Origin: an uncultured delta proteobacterium
Lineage (GTDB): Bacteria; Desulfobacterota; Desulfobacteria; Desulfobacterales; JAFDCJ01
Assembly: GCA_963769935.1 (NCBI GenBank)
Contig: CAVYNY010000022.1
Coordinates: 576,001-640,000 of the forward strand
DNA: 64,000 nt
Direction of reading: 5' to 3'
Part shown: one piece after another, positions 60,932 through 64,000 of the stretch
How the letters are laid out: the number at the start of each line of letters is the position of its first letter
How positions within the stretch are numbered: the first letter of the stretch is position 1
The notes under the pieces: generated by a model
Database searches by the model: none
Seen by the model: the letters and a program-made list of their open reading frames with translations, nothing else
Told to the model about the DNA's origin: nothing
Program-made: the position numbers and the translations under genes

Positions 60932-61947
60932 TTTTTTACCGGTCCGAACAGGCATTCAACGTGCTGCTGCCGGGTATCCTTGTCGCCGAATATAGGGTGC
61001 AGACTCATATCCGGCGAGTATTTGCCGGCCACGGGTTGGCGTCCCAAAGCTTGCGCCATGGCCCGCACGTGATGCGGTCCGGCCCCGCAGCAGATGCCGA
61101 TATAATTGATCCCCATATCACGGGCTTTGAGCGCAAAATCCGCCATTTCATAGCGGGACAGCAGAAAGGGATCCAGCGACACCGGAAAGGCCGTCCCGCC
61201 GTTGGGCAGCTTCAGTTTTTGAAAGCAGGGTTGGTCCTCAGTGGTGCGATAGGGTACTGGCAGCCCGGCAACCCAGCCGTCGATCTTGCGTCGAATTTTT
61301 TCCAGATAAGGCAGCATGGTGGCCGGTCCGTTGCCGCAATTCAACCCCACGACATCGGCGCCCTCATCGTGCAGGCTTTTACAGGCATCTTCCCACGAAT
61401 ACCCGTCACAGCTTTGGCCGGTAGCGGGGCTGAAGGTGATGACCGCCGGCAGCCCACCGGCCTTAATGGCTTCCAGGGCCAGACGGGCTTCCCCCAGGTG
61501 GCCGAAGGTTTCCGCGATGATAAAATCAGCCCCTTCCTGCACCGCCCAGGCGACCTGTTCATCGAAAATTGCCCGGACGGCCCTGGCGGAGGCTGCCACA
61601 GCGGGATCATATTCCCAGGTATTGGAAAGGTTGCCGGCTACCAGGGCGCCAAATGCCCCGGCGGTCTCCTTGGCCAGTTTAAGGGCCGCAATGTTGAGCG
61701 CCTCCAGCCGGTCCTCCCGGCCGATGGCCTTTAATTTGGCCCTGTGGCCGTAGTAGGTGCAGGCCACAACCACATCCGAACCGGCCCGCAAAAATTCCTC
61801 GTGCAGTTCGGCGACGGCCGCGGGATTTTCCAGTACAACTTCAGGTACGAAGGGTCCGGCCTTTAAATAGCCCCGTCGCTCCAGTTCAAAAACATAGCCT
61901 TCTGCCACCAGGACAACATCATTGTTGAGACGATCCAGAAAATTCAT
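60928..61947 (-). CDS. Homocysteine S-methyltransferase, BHMT-like
   Basis: GYVFELERRGYLKAG, GLNC and GICCG zinc ligands. Confidence 0.9.
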   Translation of the reverse strand: MNFLDRLNNDVVLVAEGYVFELERRGYLKAGPFVPEVVLENPAAVAELHEEFLRAGSDVVVACTYYGHRAKLKAIGREDRLEALNIAALKLAKETAGAFGALVAGNLSNTWEYDPAVAASARAVRAIFDEQVAWAVQEGADFIIAETFGHLGEARLALEAIKAGGLPAVITFSPATGQSCDGYSWEDACKSLHDEGADVVGLNCGNGPATMLPYLEKIRRKIDGWVAGLPVPYRTTEDQPCFQKLKLPNGGTAFPVSLDPFLLSRYEMADFALKARDMGINYIGICCGAGPHHVRAMAQALGRQPVAGKYSPDMSLHPIFGDKDTRQQHVECLFGPVKK

Positions 61948-62759
61948 TCCAATTGCTCCTTTTTAAGATTGATTTCATCGAAACCGGGACGCACAAAGGC
62001 TCTGGCAGCGGGAAATTCGTTTTCCGTTCGTCGGCGCAGGCGCTCAAGATGGGCGATAACGCCAAGAATATTGTCTTCCAGGTGGGGAAAGTAGTTTATC
62101 ATTTTACCCCAGGCGCTGATGGATCGATCCATCCCGATCAGCGCCACCTTTGCGGAGCCGTCCGAATCCTTGGGGAAGCCATTTAATATTTCAAACTCTT
62201 CATTTCCAACACTGTGCAGGGCTCTTTGAAGTTTGACGTAAATCTGATGCTGATACCATCGAATAACTTCCGCGGAATCTATCAGCGTCACGGTATCTTC
62301 CTGATCAACCTGATGCCGGCTGGGAGCCATCGCGGAGATTGTCGCCAGCTGCCTGGCATCATCTTCAAAGATATAGACATTTTCATCGAACCATTTATCG
62401 ATCGTGGTTATATAGGATTTGGCCATATGAGCGATAATATGAACGACGGGCTTTTCTGCCAGAGGGTTTTCAGGATCCGCATCATCCTCCCCCTCGAGGG
62501 CGTCCAGATCGATTCCCCTTTCTTCAGCCATTTCCACCAGCATGTTCATGGTCTCCTGCAGCGTTTCGCTTAATCTTTGCCAGAAAACCTGGTTGCTTAC
62601 ATCACCATCCTGAAGATCGCCGAATTTATCCTCGCTCATTTCAAAATTCAGACAGCGCGCAGTGAAGGGACACCGCTCGCACCATCGATCGCAATAATTG
62701 TAAATTCCCGGTATGTGATCTGGATTTTTATCATAAGTCTTATAGGGTTTTTTCGCCAT
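61944..62759 (-). CDS. Hypothetical protein with an N-terminal Cys cluster
   Basis: YNYCDRWCERCPFTARC; ATGA overlap with the BHMT-like gene. Confidence 0.8.
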   Translation of the reverse strand: MAKKPYKTYDKNPDHIPGIYNYCDRWCERCPFTARCLNFEMSEDKFGDLQDGDVSNQVFWQRLSETLQETMNMLVEMAEERGIDLDALEGEDDADPENPLAEKPVVHIIAHMAKSYITTIDKWFDENVYIFEDDARQLATISAMAPSRHQVDQEDTVTLIDSAEVIRWYQHQIYVKLQRALHSVGNEEFEILNGFPKDSDGSAKVALIGMDRSISAWGKMINYFPHLEDNILGVIAHLERLRRRTENEFPAARAFVRPGFDEINLKKEQLE

Positions 62760-62861
62760 TGATTGGAGCCACTCTCCTTCCTGGTTCGGTTGTGCGAACT
62801 GCTGGTCAAATCGAAAAAAACATATCACAAATCAATTTAATTGCAAAATTGAGGCTTCATC

Positions 62862-63725
62862 TCAAGCGCATGATGACCTGTCAAGCCCGATAGAATGCAG
62901 GAGATACGTCGGGCGCGGCTGATCCGGGGCCGCGACTGCCGTTGTATCCGTGATTCCGGTGTCTACCAGCACGGAGTCCAGACCGAAGGCGTTGGCGCCG
63001 CGAATGTCGGTTTCCAATTGATCGCCGATCATTACCATATCTTTGGTACCACTGCGCACCAGGGCTTCCCGGAAGATAGCCGCATGGGGTTTGCCGAGTC
63101 GTGCAAAGCGCAGGTGCGGTCGGTCGGGATAACGCAGCTGCAACGCCGCCTCGATTATCAGAGCGATGCTTCCGCTGGCAATGCCTATCCCGCGGTCGGC
63201 TTTGGGGTAGATCAAATCAGGATTGGGCAGCATCAGGTGAAATCTTTCCCGGCGCTCCACTTTGTGAAAAAGCTCCGTTAAAACCGCATCCACGGTTTCA
63301 ACAAAAGGAAACCCGGCCTCGTCTCCGATGACGACCGCATCAAATCCATCTGCCGGCGACACCACCCGGCCGCCGGCATTGGCAACGTACCGCGCGCTGT
63401 CGTCCGGCCCCAGCACCACACAACGTGCACCCTGCAAGTTCTGAGTTTTAAAGTAGTCTTTGAGCAGTCCGCCGGAGGTGATAATTCGAACCGGCGCTAT
63501 TTCCAGCCCGTAATTTTGAAATCGACCGGAGGAGGTCTGGGGTAATTTGGAGGCGTCATTGGTCAGCAGGTAGTATGGCTTTTGGGTGCGGTTCAGCAAC
63601 CGGATCAGGTCGGCCGCGCCGGCCAGCGCACCAGAGTCATTGACGAGAACGCCGTAAGCATCCAGCAACAGCACCGCATAACGTTCGATCAGCTCTTCAA
63701 TGGTAATTTTCTGCAATGCAGCCAT
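62862..63725 (-). CDS. HAD-IIA (NagD-like) phosphatase
   Basis: LLDAYGVL, LTND, NPD, GKP and GDQLETDI. Confidence 0.9.
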   Translation of the reverse strand: MAALQKITIEELIERYAVLLLDAYGVLVNDSGALAGAADLIRLLNRTQKPYYLLTNDASKLPQTSSGRFQNYGLEIAPVRIITSGGLLKDYFKTQNLQGARCVVLGPDDSARYVANAGGRVVSPADGFDAVVIGDEAGFPFVETVDAVLTELFHKVERRERFHLMLPNPDLIYPKADRGIGIASGSIALIIEAALQLRYPDRPHLRFARLGKPHAAIFREALVRSGTKDMVMIGDQLETDIRGANAFGLDSVLVDTGITDTTAVAAPDQPRPTYLLHSIGLDRSSCA

Positions 63726-63840
63726 TTTTCCACATCCAATTTCCCATCTTTTCACAGTTCCATTATTCCATAATTTCATATAATTTCCAAATCTCAAATC
63801 TCAAATTAAAAATTTTCCGAAGTATTTGGGGGACCCAACC

Positions 63841-64000
63841 CTAGGTTGGCATCTCCATGGTTTCCTGCATTAGCAGGGCCGCCGCAAGTGACAGCACGGC
63901 GCCGGCCAGACATATCAGAAACATGGTCTGGTAGCCGATCGCAGCGTAATTGTCCTGAACCGGGGTATGGGCTGTCAAAACCGCTCCGATCAGGATCTGA
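63841..64000 (-). CDS. C-terminus of a membrane transporter (probably MFS), partial
   Basis: Manual translation QILIGAVL...YQTMFLICLAGAVLSLAAALLMQETMEMPT*. Confidence 0.65.
   Translation of the reverse strand, partial: QILIGAVLTAHTPVQDNYAAIGYQTMFLICLAGAVLSLAAALLMQETMEMPT

Overview
Chromosomal window from an anaerobic bacterium. Gene content and repeat style suggest a sulfate-reducer-type Desulfobacterales member (inference). The left half is core housekeeping: partial plsB, rnhA, namZ, an ATPase plus 2-oxoacid:ferredoxin oxidoreductase operon fused to hisC, cmk, rpsA, yciO, guaB, dnaE, manC, an RNase Z-like gene, recJ and miaB. The middle holds signalling genes (frameshifted PAS-GGDEF, orphan receiver, HDOD plus hybrid kinase) and a LIV-type ABC transporter with an acyl-CoA ligase. 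The right 18.5 kb is an unbroken minus-strand run of salvage, repair and modification enzymes. I found no rRNA, tRNA, CRISPR array, transposase or prophage. The most notable observations are: (1) a ribonucleotide-reductase-style promoter (tandem NrdR boxes 31 bp apart over a -35, plus DnaA-box-like sites) driving an orphan response regulator; (2) a pduO-FNR-galT-like-galT-like operon with no Leloir genes; (3) a candidate switchable structured 5' leader upstream of a hypothetical gene and the RNase Z-like gene; (4) a cluster of families best known from eukaryotes (SMUG1, FAM173-like, TMTC-like, QNG1, BHMT); (5) several intergenic repeat and MITE-like families. All product calls come from motif recognition by eye; no searches were run.
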